From Thermoplasmata archaeon (lineage in GTDB: Archaea > Thermoplasmatota > Thermoplasmata > RBG-16-68-12 > JAFNFQ01), in the NCBI GenBank assembly GCA_041489255.1, contig JBGPQV010000008.1:32917-96916 (forward strand): a stretch of DNA of 64,000 bases, given 5' to 3'. The notes under the pieces are model-generated. The model saw only the letters and a list, made by a program, of their open reading frames with translations, was not told the DNA's origin and did no database searches. Shown here one piece after another: positions 1-9,629 of the stretch (position 1 is the first letter of the stretch; every line of letters starts with the position of its first letter). The position numbers and the translations under genes were made by a program.

Positions 1-2097
1 GTTGATTCGGGAAGCAGGTATGACGGATTGCGCCGACGCGCCGTTGGTTCGCCAAGCAGCCAAATCCCTTACTTGGTGGAATCGCACCGATTCCGAGGCG
101 GACTTCCTGAGCATGAGCAAGCAGGTGTAGGTTGTGGCGCCTCGGAACACTTGAAGGTCCCCGAAATGGACAACCTCTTCGAGGTACTTGTTTTTCGAAA
201 TCAGCGATCTGAGCGGTTCGCCGTATTGGGCCGTAAAGAACTTGTGTGGGAGAATGTAGCCCAAGCGCCCAGTGACCTTCAGGAGTTGAAGGCCCCGCTC
301 GACGAAAACCACGTAGATGTCGTAATTGCCCTTCGATGCGGTTTCAAAGTGGCGTTTGTAAAGCTCCACTTCAAGCGGAGCCCATTCCGTCATTGTTTGA
401 ACCCGGATGTAAGGCGGGTTGCCAATCACCACGTCGAACCCGCCTTCAGCGAAAACCTGCGCGAATTCCGTCTTCCAATCGAACGGATTGACCCGCCGGG
501 CTTGCTCTTCGTCAAGAATCAATTGCTGAAGATGTTTGTTCTCGATTAGCGAATTCCCGCATTTGATGTTGTCATCGAGGTCGGGAAGCGCCCGCTGATG
601 GAAGAGTTTCTGATTCTTTTCGATGGTTTCTCCCGACACCTGCTCCAGCACTCTCAGCAGGAGCGACAGTTTCGTTACTTCAACGGCTTGAGGGTCGATG
701 TCGCTCCCGAAGATATTGTTCAGTAGGATTCGTTTCCGCTCGCCCGATGTGAGGAACCACGATCCGCCGGGTCCTTGAACGATTTCATTCTTGAACTTCT
801 TCGGGCCATTCTCGACATACCAGTTCAGGTGCCAGTCCAAGAGGAACTGATAGGCGACCAAGAGGAACGAACCCGATCCACAAGCAGGGTCCAAAACGCG
901 AAGTCTGGAAACCTCTTTTGGGGTCTTGCCTTCAACAGCCTTTCCGGCCGTGTTGTTCACGATGTACCGAACAACGTAGGTTGGAGTGTAGTAGACCCCA
1001 CCCGCTTTCTTTACTTCTGGCTTTTCCTCGACGATGGCTCGATGGCCGGCTGTAAGCCGAATTACTTTGCCAAGGAATTGCTCGTAGACGTGCCCGAGGA
1101 TTTCAGCCGGAAGAACAGAGAACTCGTATGGACTTTCGGGATAGTAGAGCCGCCGTACGATATCCTTCAGGACTTTATCATCGATTACGAGTTTCGGGGT
1201 GAGTTCGTCGGGCGTGCCGTACCGATCCTTTTCGCGCGAGAAATAGAAGAGGCCGGAGTTGTATCTTTCATCCGCGAGCCGAAAGAATTCTTTGAGACGG
1301 TCATACGCCTGCTCGCTCTTCATCAACGTCTGGAGACGACCGTAGGTTTCGATGCCGCGATCTTCGCAAATTCGGAGGAATACGATTCGGTCGATTGTCG
1401 CCTGGACGGCATAGTTCAGCTCATACTGCGAGAGACTCGGATTCCGCAGCGCGATGTTTCGCGCGAGTTCGTCTCGCCAAGTCTCGATGTCTTCAAGGAA
1501 GGCCTGGTCAACTTCGACGGTTCCCTTTACGTCCTTCCAGGTCTCGGCGTATTGGTCGAACGATCCATTGAGTACGGCTTGTCGGGAGAAGGTGGCGTTG
1601 AAGACCTCCCAATTCGAGACAAGCTGGTCAAGGGAGAAATATCGTCGAAGCGCGGCGGCAGCGGAATCACCCTCCTTTGGACGGATTCGCGTATCATAGA
1701 TTGCCGTCTCTTCGAAGTTGGTTAGGATGCAAAGAGGCAGTTTCGCGTTCCAGCCATATCTCCGCAGTTGGACGGCGGGTGCCGGGTCGTCTTTGATTCT
1801 CACCGAAGGCTTCTTGGTTTCAAGGAAGAGCTTGCGCGTTTGTCCGATGCGCAGCGAATAGTCGGGGGCCTTCGTTGAGCCTCCAATTCTCAGCGTATCC
1901 TCGTGGATAACTTCCTTGTAAGCTGGTGCTGCTCCTTGCTTGTTTGAAACGTCCCACCCGAGGATCTCCAGCAAGGGATCAATGAACTCTTGGCGAAGTT
2001 GTGCCTCTTTGTAGGCAGGCGACTGGTAGGCGTCGCGGTTCCGCTTGTAGCGCTTTACGAGCTCGATGAGTTCTATTGGCGCGGAAGTCTTTTCCAA
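1..2097 (-). CDS. Type IIG (Eco57I-like) restriction-modification enzyme, N6-adenine MTase + REase; 3' end runs off window
   Basis: Not in ORF track (no stop in window). Manual minus-strand translation from TTG 2097: ...EAQLRQEFIDPLL..WDV..KAPDYSLR..FLETKKP (HsdR_N-like PD-(D/E)xK), GGVYYTP, DPACGSGSFL (motif I), NIFGSDID, GFDVVIGNPPY (motif IV, ~409-445), in the same frame as the start. Confidence 0.92.
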   Translation of the reverse strand, partial: MEKTSAPIELIELVKRYKRNRDAYQSPAYKEAQLRQEFIDPLLEILGWDVSNKQGAAPAYKEVIHEDTLRIGGSTKAPDYSLRIGQTRKLFLETKKPSVRIKDDPAPAVQLRRYGWNAKLPLCILTNFEETAIYDTRIRPKEGDSAAAALRRYFSLDQLVSNWEVFNATFSRQAVLNGSFDQYAETWKDVKGTVEVDQAFLEDIETWRDELARNIALRNPSLSQYELNYAVQATIDRIVFLRICEDRGIETYGRLQTLMKSEQAYDRLKEFFRLADERYNSGLFYFSREKDRYGTPDELTPKLVIDDKVLKDIVRRLYYPESPYEFSVLPAEILGHVYEQFLGKVIRLTAGHRAIVEEKPEVKKAGGVYYTPTYVVRYIVNNTAGKAVEGKTPKEVSRLRVLDPACGSGSFLLVAYQFLLDWHLNWYVENGPKKFKNEIVQGPGGSWFLTSGERKRILLNNIFGSDIDPQAVEVTKLSLLLRVLEQVSGETIEKNQKLFHQRALPDLDDNIKCGNSLIENKHLQQLILDEEQARRVNPFDWKTEFAQVFAEGGFDVVIGNPPYIRVQTMTEWAPLEVELYKRHFETASKGNYDIYVVFVERGLQLLKVTGRLGYILPHKFFTAQYGEPLRSLISKNKYLEEVVHFGDLQVFRGATTYTCLLMLRKSASESVRFHQVRDLAAWRTNGASAQSVIPASRIN

Positions 2098-2104
2098 GGC
2101 CGGT

Positions 2105-2557
2105 CTACCTTTGAACGCAAGGTGGAGTCTCCATAAGAACCTTCGGCTGTGAACGGGTTCGATGTCCCCGGCTGGCCCCCGGCAGGGGTCGCTTTGGGTA
2201 CAGGAACAGGGTCTTGGCCGACGCAGGCGGCCCCTCAAGCAGCATGTGGACCGGCTTCTCGGCTGTCAGGGCGGACCTGAACAGATCCTTGATGTCGTCG
2301 AAACCTATGATGGGTTCGAAACAGACGCCAAACCAACGTCATCCTTGCACGCGAGTGAATGCCTGTACCTCGCCCTTGCCTCGCTTTCGCGAGAGCGCGA
2401 CGTGGAGAATGACAATCGCCTGACCGTCCGTCTCTGCGTAGAAGGGAGTCTTGTCTAAGATAATGTGGTCTGGCACTGCTTCGACCACATTGGCGTCAAA
2501 CTCCTTCAGGTAGTGTGTGTCGACGCTCGGGAAATGAAGAATCTCTGTCCGGGCCAT
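2105..2557 (-). pseudogene. Mosaic remnant: AlaX-like editing protein N-terminus followed in frame, after TGA, by an AAA ATPase N-terminal fragment
   Basis: MARTEILHF..THYLKEFDANVVE...IILDKTPFYAETDGQ resembles the AlaX/AlaRS-editing start; after TGA (2339-2341) the same frame reads FEPIIGFDDIKDLFRSALTAEKPVHMLLEGPPASAKTLFL (Walker A-like). Confidence 0.6.
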
Positions 2558-2635
2558 CGAAGTGACCTCCGTGACACAGTCAATAAGCTCCAGACATAGT
2601 AGGTCAACTCCAGATATGGAGAGTCTGCCTGGAGC

Positions 2636-3688
2636 CTAGCCAGTCCTGGCTCCGCATTTGGGGCAAAAGGGCGCGCCAAGCACCAAGAGAGTGCCGCACT
2701 GATGGCAGAACAACTGTGGCGTCGGCGTCGAGGTGGGTGGAGCGGGATACGGCGGTTCTCCCTGTGGCGGCGCCGATGGGAATTGGATTCCCGATTGGGG
2801 CCATTGAAGAGGGGGCGGCGGAACCATCGCCTCGAAGGGCTGGGGGAAAAGCGGAGGTGGCGGCTGCGTTGGAACGATGGAGCGCACTGTCTTTGGACTA
2901 CGGGCAAGAACGCTCATTACGAACAGAAGTATGACCGGCACGACGATCAGCAGCGCCATCTGCGTAACCAGGAACAGGAAAAGCATGGCGATGATATTGA
3001 AAACGCCAATCACAAGGAGGCCAACGCTGTGCAAACCGAAAGTCAGCCTAACCTCACTTGGGACAGGTTCGAGTTTGGCGCTCTTGATGGACAATGCACC
3101 GCCGATGAACATGACTACTACTCCTGCGATTGCCATCCATAAGCCGAGTTCCCATCCCCAACTTGCCCCTAGGAGCTGGAAGCTCTGCCATGTGACATCC
3201 CTACTCCCGGAGATCGGGATATCCAAACCCATCGTGCTGAAGAGGCTGTATAGGAGGAGGAAATAGAAGAACCACCAGAACAATGCGATGACGGCCCAGA
3301 GCGGAGCGACGAACACGCGCGATCCCCGTCGGCGCCTTGCGGCACAATAGAAACCATTGAAAGCGGCAAGGCCGAGACTGATGGATATCGGCAACATCGC
3401 GATGGTGATGGCAAGATAGACAACCTTCAACTCTGACAGCAGATTTGAGGGGTCGAAGCCGACGACCTGCACGCCCACTCCAAGTGGACCTATGGTGAAA
3501 TCGAAGAGAGTCTGAGAGCCATTCACGACACTAGAATGCAGGCCCCACCAAGGGAGGATCACGGAGGCCACAACCAAGATTGCGCCTACAGCCAACAGAA
3601 CCCTGTCACCATACCTGAGCACCACTGATCTCTCAGACACGAATCTCCTCCTCGGGCGCTCATATGTATGTCCTACATTTATACTCAC
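2636..3688 (-). CDS. Multi-pass membrane protein with Pro-rich linker and C-terminal zinc ribbon
   Basis: About 6 hydrophobic segments, Pro-rich tail, CHQCG...FCPKCGA. Confidence 0.8.
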   Translation of the reverse strand: MSINVGHTYERPRRRFVSERSVVLRYGDRVLLAVGAILVVASVILPWWGLHSSVVNGSQTLFDFTIGPLGVGVQVVGFDPSNLLSELKVVYLAITIAMLPISISLGLAAFNGFYCAARRRRGSRVFVAPLWAVIALFWWFFYFLLLYSLFSTMGLDIPISGSRDVTWQSFQLLGASWGWELGLWMAIAGVVVMFIGGALSIKSAKLEPVPSEVRLTFGLHSVGLLVIGVFNIIAMLFLFLVTQMALLIVVPVILLFVMSVLARSPKTVRSIVPTQPPPPLFPQPFEAMVPPPPLQWPQSGIQFPSAPPQGEPPYPAPPTSTPTPQLFCHQCGTLLVLGAPFCPKCGARTG

Positions 3689-3992
3689 CGACGCTCAAGA
3701 ATCCTGCTCATCGAACACATTGCTCCCGAGTCGATTCAGTCTCATAGTCATTAGCCACGGAGCCTGTGTGTGAATGGCGTGTCAAGAAGGATTGCCGCCC
3801 TTGACCAAAGTTGTTGCATTCCGGGGTGGAGGGCAACACAACTATGATGAACGTCCGGCAGCGATTACTTTCAGTCTGTGCTGAGGACGTACCTAATCGC
3901 GTCGCTTTTCCAAAGCATCATAGGAACCAAGGTACCCGACTTCTCCTCCTGTGGCGTGCTGAGACCTCGTGCAAGGACAGGTGCTTCCGAGA

Positions 3993-4364
3993 CTAGCAAC
4001 TCCATGAATGTGGCTCATCTGGATTGGCCAGACACAGGTGCCTATGGACTCCCCCTGGTGTCTCACCGGTCATCATCGAGACGAAGTCTATCGCTCCGGG
4101 ACTGTCTCTTGCCGCGCAGGATATGGGACATGGTTCGCCATGGGTGGGACACACGGCGCCGCAACTCGCACCCTCCTCGTCGGTGGCAAGCGTTGTCATT
4201 TCCTTGACGGGGAGACAGATCTCACTCCCGAAGGGTCCTTGGTATCCGAAGTCCCTCCCGCATCTTGGGCACGAGGCCGCCCAGTCATATCCACCACTCA
4301 GTTGTTTCCACACCATCATGAGACCACAGCAAAAGAGTATTGGGGTATCTTGAGCCATGGCCAT
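3993..4364 (-). CDS. Small Cys/His-rich hypothetical protein (possible metal binding)
   Basis: FCCG..CPRCG and CGAVCPTHGEPCPISC..HRHLC..H motifs; competing overlapping ORFs exist. Confidence 0.35.
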   Translation of the reverse strand: MAMAQDTPILFCCGLMMVWKQLSGGYDWAASCPRCGRDFGYQGPFGSEICLPVKEMTTLATDEEGASCGAVCPTHGEPCPISCAARDSPGAIDFVSMMTGETPGGVHRHLCLANPDEPHSWSC

Positions 4365-4548
4365 GAAGTGGGCAGGGCTGCTTCATAAGCTTGTTTTCCC
4401 AAGGTAGATGAAAAGACCAGCCTGACCCGCCGAGTGCGCTGCCAATTTGAGAGTCGCTCATGGAAGATCCGGCACAACTCAGCTGCACGGGCACACATCA
4501 TGATGCATTTTGGACATCATTCGGAGGCGCCCCAAGCATGGCAGAGGC

Positions 4549-4821
4549 CTATGACTTGTTGTGCCTGGCCAATGCCGCCAACGCTTTGGGATCCCGATTG
4601 CGTGTCAGGAATTCCACCTTACCGCTTCTAATCTGCAGGAGGCCGATCGTAGAGAGGAACTCGACATCCTCCGCGAGTTGTGCCGTCTTGATCCTGATGT
4701 TCGATATCGATCTGGAAACAGAGGTGTCAGACACGCGCAGCCTTCTCGCGATCTCCTTGACCGTATTCCCTTCCCTAAGGTACTGAAGGATAGTCCTTTC
4801 CCGTTCAGTTATGAAGCCCAT
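4549..4821 (-). CDS. LuxR/sigma-type HTH transcriptional regulator
   Basis: ITERERTILQYLREGNTVKEIARRLRVSDTSVSRSISNIRIK is a LuxR-like HTH. Confidence 0.8.
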   Translation of the reverse strand: MGFITERERTILQYLREGNTVKEIARRLRVSDTSVSRSISNIRIKTAQLAEDVEFLSTIGLLQIRSGKVEFLTRNRDPKALAALARHNKS

Positions 4822-4894
4822 GAACGAAGTTCATGACTGACATGAGCGTAATGACGCTTTTCAACGCAACTAACGTCATTGGGTTAGTTTATTA

Positions 4895-5479
4895 TTGCAG
4901 AATGGCTTTCAGCCCTTCGTGCCTTTACGCGACGGGACTCTCGAGGATGCCTTGCGGCACGCCCTGAATTCATTTGATGCGGGTATGCAAGAAGACGGGT
5001 TCATGTGGCTCATGCTTTCAGCCAAGACCGGTGCCGACGATAGGGAATGGATCAGACGAATCGCCGATGAGATGTGGCGCCACGATACCTACCGTGTATG
5101 GGAGGTCTGGCAGGTGCGATGCAACAGCCCTGATGCAGGCGCCCAAGATTTCCTAGAACTCGCCCGCTCACACATGAGCAATGTCAGAGGATACGGGCCG
5201 GGCGTACCTCCCTTAACACCGTCTACATGTCCGTTGTTCGACCAGCTGAAGAGTGAATATCGATTGGCGGTTGAGGCGATGAGGGAAGCGGTCTCTAGGT
5301 CTCAACACCAGGAAGAGATGGCCCAGCTCATGGAAGAGACAGCCACCTACCATGCGCATTTTGGACGCTATTTTGAATGTAAGATCGTCCTGGAGAGCGT
5401 GTCTGAGCTTCGCCCACCGCGCAATCGCTGGCGCTTCTCGGATGAACCGGAGGACACATCTGATACCGAGGTTCCGTAG
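4895..5479 (+). CDS. Hypothetical protein
   Basis: 194-aa ORF divergent from the HTH gene; no recognisable motif; start uncertain. Confidence 0.5.
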   Translation: MQNGFQPFVPLRDGTLEDALRHALNSFDAGMQEDGFMWLMLSAKTGADDREWIRRIADEMWRHDTYRVWEVWQVRCNSPDAGAQDFLELARSHMSNVRGYGPGVPPLTPSTCPLFDQLKSEYRLAVEAMREAVSRSQHQEEMAQLMEETATYHAHFGRYFECKIVLESVSELRPPRNRWRFSDEPEDTSDTEVP

Positions 5480-5628
5480 GCTCGGTGCGAATTTTCGCCA
5501 TGAAGACGGAGGCCCAATCGGATTTCCTACGTCTGGTCGATACTCTTAAACAGAAGCTTCGCTCATACCGCTTTTGGCGCCGAAACCTTTAATTCAACAG
5601 GCGACCGAAAGGCTTATCCTAGTTACAG

Positions 5629-5701
5629 TGGGCTCGTCCGGATTCGAACCGGAGACCTTCACTATGTCAAAGTGACGTCATGACCGCTAGACTACGAGCC
5701 C
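5629..5701 (-). tRNA. tRNA-Val(GAC)
   Basis: GGGCTCG..TCACT-TTGACAT-AGTGA..GGTTCGAATCC..CGAGCCCA cloverleaf. Confidence 0.97.
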
Positions 5702-5834
5702 TTGTATGAGGCATTGACCCGCCCGCAATAAGGTTTTTGCCATGCGGCGGGATGCCACCGCAATAGGTATATCGGAGCGCCACATTGCCCAACCCGGCAT
5801 CCAATCCTCCATCGAATCATTCCAAGGTGAGCAA

Positions 5835-6932
5835 ATGGCCAGCATGGACAATTTCGAGTTCGCGCACAGGCACAGGAAGCAGGTCGTCTGGATGAGCCAG
5901 AACACGAACATGATCCCCCTCTCCCCGAAGATAAACGAGGCGATCCGCCAGTCGGTGAACGAGAGGGAGTACAACCTCTACGGCTTCAAGAAGGGCGTGT
6001 TCGGCCTCTGCGACGCGATAAAGGCGGACCTCAAGATGGAGGACTGGGACATACACCTCACCAACGGCGGCATCGAGGGGCTCTACATGGCCAACCGCGC
6101 CTTCCTCCAGCCCGGGGACGAGGTGATCGCGACGGACCCGTCCTTCATGCCGATCCACGACCAGGTGCTCATGGCGGGAGCGAAGGTCAGGGAGCTCGAC
6201 ATCTACCACGAGCCATGGAAGCTGACGCCGGAGCATGTGTCCGACGTGGCGACCCCGAAATCCAAGATGCTCCTCATCATCGACCCGAACAATCCCCTCG
6301 GCACGGCCTATACCCGCCAGGAGATTCGCGCGCTCTGTGAGGTCGCGGAGGACCGCGGCATGTTCGTCATCGACGACATCACGTACAGGGACTTCAACCC
6401 CCTGCACACCCTCGCGTCAGATTTCTACCCGGAGAAGACCATCGTCTCATACTCGTTCTCCAAGGGCTGCGGCATGGCGGGGATGCGTATCGGCGCGGTG
6501 CTCGCGCCGCCCGAGGTCATGAAAGCGATCAAGAAGTTCGACACGAACGTCCTCGGCGTGAATGTCCTCGCTCAGCGCGGCGCCTTGGCTGCGCTCGAGA
6601 CCAAGAAACGCTGGCTGCCGAAGCTCAGGCAGATCTGCCGCAAGAACCAGGATGTCATCAAGGCGGCCGTCTCAAAGGTCCGCGGCACATATCTGCCCGT
6701 CTTCCCCTCCCTCGCGAACATGTTCTGCATCGACATCAGGGAGACAGGGGTGAACCCGGAGAAGGTCGAGGCGATGTTGCTCCAGGATCACTACATACAC
6801 ACCAGGGCGGGGCAGTACCTGTCCAAGCGGTTTGGACCGCGGTTCGTCCGCGTGTCATTCTCCATACCTACGGAGCAGTGCAGGAAGTTCGCGGCGGCAT
6901 TCCCCAAAGTGATGAAAGCGCTATCGAAGTAG
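5835..6932 (+). CDS. PLP-dependent aminotransferase class I/II
   Basis: NNPLGT, DDITY, SFSKGCGMAGMRIG motifs; AGGTGA RBS before ATG 5835. Confidence 0.93.
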   Translation: MASMDNFEFAHRHRKQVVWMSQNTNMIPLSPKINEAIRQSVNEREYNLYGFKKGVFGLCDAIKADLKMEDWDIHLTNGGIEGLYMANRAFLQPGDEVIATDPSFMPIHDQVLMAGAKVRELDIYHEPWKLTPEHVSDVATPKSKMLLIIDPNNPLGTAYTRQEIRALCEVAEDRGMFVIDDITYRDFNPLHTLASDFYPEKTIVSYSFSKGCGMAGMRIGAVLAPPEVMKAIKKFDTNVLGVNVLAQRGALAALETKKRWLPKLRQICRKNQDVIKAAVSKVRGTYLPVFPSLANMFCIDIRETGVNPEKVEAMLLQDHYIHTRAGQYLSKRFGPRFVRVSFSIPTEQCRKFAAAFPKVMKALSK

Positions 6933-6984
6933 CTTCATAATTCCCGCCACAACCTTCATTGCGGCGTGACCGATTCCCATCACG

Positions 6985-7644
6985 ATGACCGCCAAGACCC
7001 CGAAGCGCGCCATGGTCAGGATCTACTCCGACGGCGGCGCAAGGGGCAATCCCGGGCCCGCCGCGATAGGGGTCGTGATCTGCGATCATGACGACGTCAT
7101 CATCAAGCCTTTCGGCGAGTACATCGGTCGAGCGACGAACAATGAAGCTGAGTACAGGGCCCTCATAAGGGGACTCGAGATCGCTGCGAAATACACGGAT
7201 AGCGAGATCATCTGCACGCTGGACAGCGAACTGGTCGTACGCCAGATGATCGGGGAATACAGGGCGAAAGAGCCGAGGATGCGGAGGCTCATGGAGGAGG
7301 CGAGTCGCACGGCGCGGCAATTCAGGCATGTCAAGTTCGTCAACCTCCCCAGAATGACCGGCCATCTCGCTTTAGCCGACAGACTCGTCAACGAGACTCT
7401 GGATGGAGCGCACTGCGCCTCCATAGACGAGATGCTGCGGGCGAGCATCACCAAGGAGGTTGAAATCGATTCGATGCATGATTCGGGAGTGGAGCAAGTT
7501 GATCCGTCCACCATCAGCTTGATGTTCATCGAACATTGCCTGCGGCAAGGTTGGATAGTCAAGAAGGGAAGCGGGCGTGGCAGCAAGTACCACGTCACCG
7601 AGACCGGGAAGAAGGAGCTTAGGAAGTTTGGAATATCGATCTGA
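6985..7644 (+). CDS. rnhA: Ribonuclease HI (archaeal type) with C-terminal winged-helix-like extension
   Basis: YSDGGARGNPGPAAIG, TNNEAEY, DSELVVRQ, ADRLVN motifs. Confidence 0.9.
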   Translation: MTAKTPKRAMVRIYSDGGARGNPGPAAIGVVICDHDDVIIKPFGEYIGRATNNEAEYRALIRGLEIAAKYTDSEIICTLDSELVVRQMIGEYRAKEPRMRRLMEEASRTARQFRHVKFVNLPRMTGHLALADRLVNETLDGAHCASIDEMLRASITKEVEIDSMHDSGVEQVDPSTISLMFIEHCLRQGWIVKKGSGRGSKYHVTETGKKELRKFGISI

Positions 7645-7655
7645 AAAGAAGTGAG

Positions 7656-7730
7656 TGCTCCCGCCGGGATTTGGACCCGGGTCCGAGGCTCGAAAGGCCT
7701 CTATCCTTGACCGGACTAGACTACGGGAGC
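7656..7730 (-). tRNA. tRNA-Glu(UUC)
   Basis: GCTCCCG..GAGGC-CTTTCGA-GCCTC..CCGGG-TCCAAAT-CCCGG-CGGGAGCA. Confidence 0.93.
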
Positions 7731-8054
7731 GTTGACCCGCCAGTTAAAGGGGGCAGTCATAAAGCCTTTGCCACTTGCGCCCGGCTTCTTCGCACACGGG
7801 CTTGACAGGATAAATCGGCAGGTTGGCGTCTCACAGCGACGCCTCGTGGAACATCCCCCGTTCGGGACTGCAGGATGCCTAGCTCTAAATACCGACTCGC
7901 CGGTCCTCCTTCTCGGAGACATTGGGAGACGAGAGGATGTCATGGGGATCTGGAAGCTGTGACGTACCGGTGTCGTTGAGAGCCCTATGTCGCTCCAAAC
8001 GCGGCGCTTCGTTCGGGTGTCCGGGCAGCGAAGGGGGACAGAGGAGGGACTAGA

Positions 8055-8837
8055 TTGGTTTCTCGGTCAACGAATCCATCCGGGCCTTGGAGCCTTCCGC
8101 CGCCTCACCCCAGTTACCTGCCTGAGGTCTTCCCGAGGGAGCACATATCGAGGGACGAGGTCCTCGTCTTTGAAACGAGGCCAAATCTCGTTCCTTTCAT
8201 CATCCAACCCATAATCGGGCTGATCGTGCTGGTTCTGCTGTTTTTCCCCTTTCTCATCTTGGCAGGCTATTATATGGACATGGCTTGCCTTCTTTTCGCG
8301 ATACTCTTCTTCGTCGTCATCCCGGTGCTGCAGATCTTCCTGAGCTACATGGACTGGATGGGGCGGAGATACGCGCTGACATCGGACAAGATAATGGCCG
8401 TGTCCGGGATCATATCGCGGCACCTCTACCAATGCACCTACGACAAGGTGCAGAACATCACCCTCCACCAGGGTGTTTTAGGGAGGATCATCGGCTACGG
8501 GACCATCGCCTTCTGGACTGCGGGATATGGCGGCGGAACGACCGGGATGGGCTACGAGCATCAGGTCATTGGCGGCGGCGGTGTCGTCTGGCTCAGGGTC
8601 AACGACCCAGTGAATCTCAAGAAGTATGTCGAGGAGGTCGTCAATGCCTTCCAACGGGAGAGGAAGATGCAGGAATACAAGGCCATGGCCGCCGTGCTGA
8701 CAGAATCGCAGAAGGCGGGAGTGCCTGCGCCTGCCGCCGCGACCTCAGGTGCTGTCAAGTTCTGCCCGAGCTGCGGCAATAGGGCCAGTGCTGGCGCCTT
8801 GTTCTGCGAAAAGTGCGGGAAGAAATTCGGGACATAG
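8055..8837 (+). CDS. Membrane protein with bacterial PH (bPH_2-like) domain and C-terminal zinc ribbon
   Basis: 2 TM helices, RYALTSDKI..GIISR..YDKVQNITLHQGVLGRIIGYGTI, FCPSCG..FCEKCG. Confidence 0.85.
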   Translation: MVSRSTNPSGPWSLPPPHPSYLPEVFPREHISRDEVLVFETRPNLVPFIIQPIIGLIVLVLLFFPFLILAGYYMDMACLLFAILFFVVIPVLQIFLSYMDWMGRRYALTSDKIMAVSGIISRHLYQCTYDKVQNITLHQGVLGRIIGYGTIAFWTAGYGGGTTGMGYEHQVIGGGGVVWLRVNDPVNLKKYVEEVVNAFQRERKMQEYKAMAAVLTESQKAGVPAPAAATSGAVKFCPSCGNRASAGALFCEKCGKKFGT

Positions 8838-8860
8838 GGTGGCGTCTCGCCGAGGACGGC

Positions 8861-9562
8861 TCAGAGCTCGCCCGCCATCTCCTTCGCTATCTGTCCGTAC
8901 TCCCGCTCGTTCATTGCGGCGGGATTGACCGAGAGGAGAAGGTATGAGTCGCTGAGCACCGATTTCTCGCTGAGCATCTGGACGAACTTCAGGACTGGCG
9001 GGAAACCATTCTGAGAGACCAGGTACTCGATTCCTTCCAGGAGCACGGCAGACTGTTTCTCCCTCTCCATGAAACCGACAGCCTGAGAGGCCAGGGCAGA
9101 CAGCTCTGTCGGCGAGACAGACTTCACGTCCCCTTTTACCTCCGACTCGCTCCTGCTCAGCCAGAGGAACTTCACGGACTTGGACTCGAAACGCAAGCCG
9201 AGTTCCCTCGGGTGAGTGCGGGTTATGCATAAACCATGGTGACCTTTCTCCAAGAGATCCGCGAAGTGGTCGAACACTGCCTCCGCCTTCTCCTCCTTGA
9301 TGACATAGCTACCTCTTCGGTCGGGGAGCATCCCGGTCCCTCTGGCAGATGCATGATCCTCGATCACCAGCCCATACTTCTCGAGCTGGCGGGCCTTGTC
9401 CTCCACGGATCGGGAGACCACCGCCATCTTGCTCTTCGCCATGATGTTGAGCTCGGTGGGGCTGTATCCCCGCGTGGTGAGCTTGGAGATGTCAGACCAC
9501 GCCTCCTTCTGACCCTCCTCGTAGCCCTTGAGATACGCTTTCTTGACCTCGTCCTTCGTCAT
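8861..9562 (-). CDS. DUF835-type protein (inactive KaiC/RecA-like fold) with N-terminal helical region
   Basis: GLCITRTHP..FLWLS..VSPTEL..VLLEGIEYLVSQNGF pattern. Confidence 0.85.
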   Translation of the reverse strand: MTKDEVKKAYLKGYEEGQKEAWSDISKLTTRGYSPTELNIMAKSKMAVVSRSVEDKARQLEKYGLVIEDHASARGTGMLPDRRGSYVIKEEKAEAVFDHFADLLEKGHHGLCITRTHPRELGLRFESKSVKFLWLSRSESEVKGDVKSVSPTELSALASQAVGFMEREKQSAVLLEGIEYLVSQNGFPPVLKFVQMLSEKSVLSDSYLLLSVNPAAMNEREYGQIAKEMAGEL

Positions 9563-9629
9563 GCAGTCGCGAGAATAGCGTGGCCGAGCATATATGAGCT
9601 TTCTGGACTGGCGGGCCTTTGGAGGACGT

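Noticed and set aside
28-1725. Plus-strand ORFs 28-549 and 775-1725
   Set aside because: Antisense shadows of the minus-strand R-M gene
2152-2181. tRNA 3'-end-like att site (GGGTTCGATGTCCCCGGCTGGCCCC)
   Set aside because: Does not match tRNA-Val or the other tRNAs in the window, has an imperfect T-loop and is on the opposite strand
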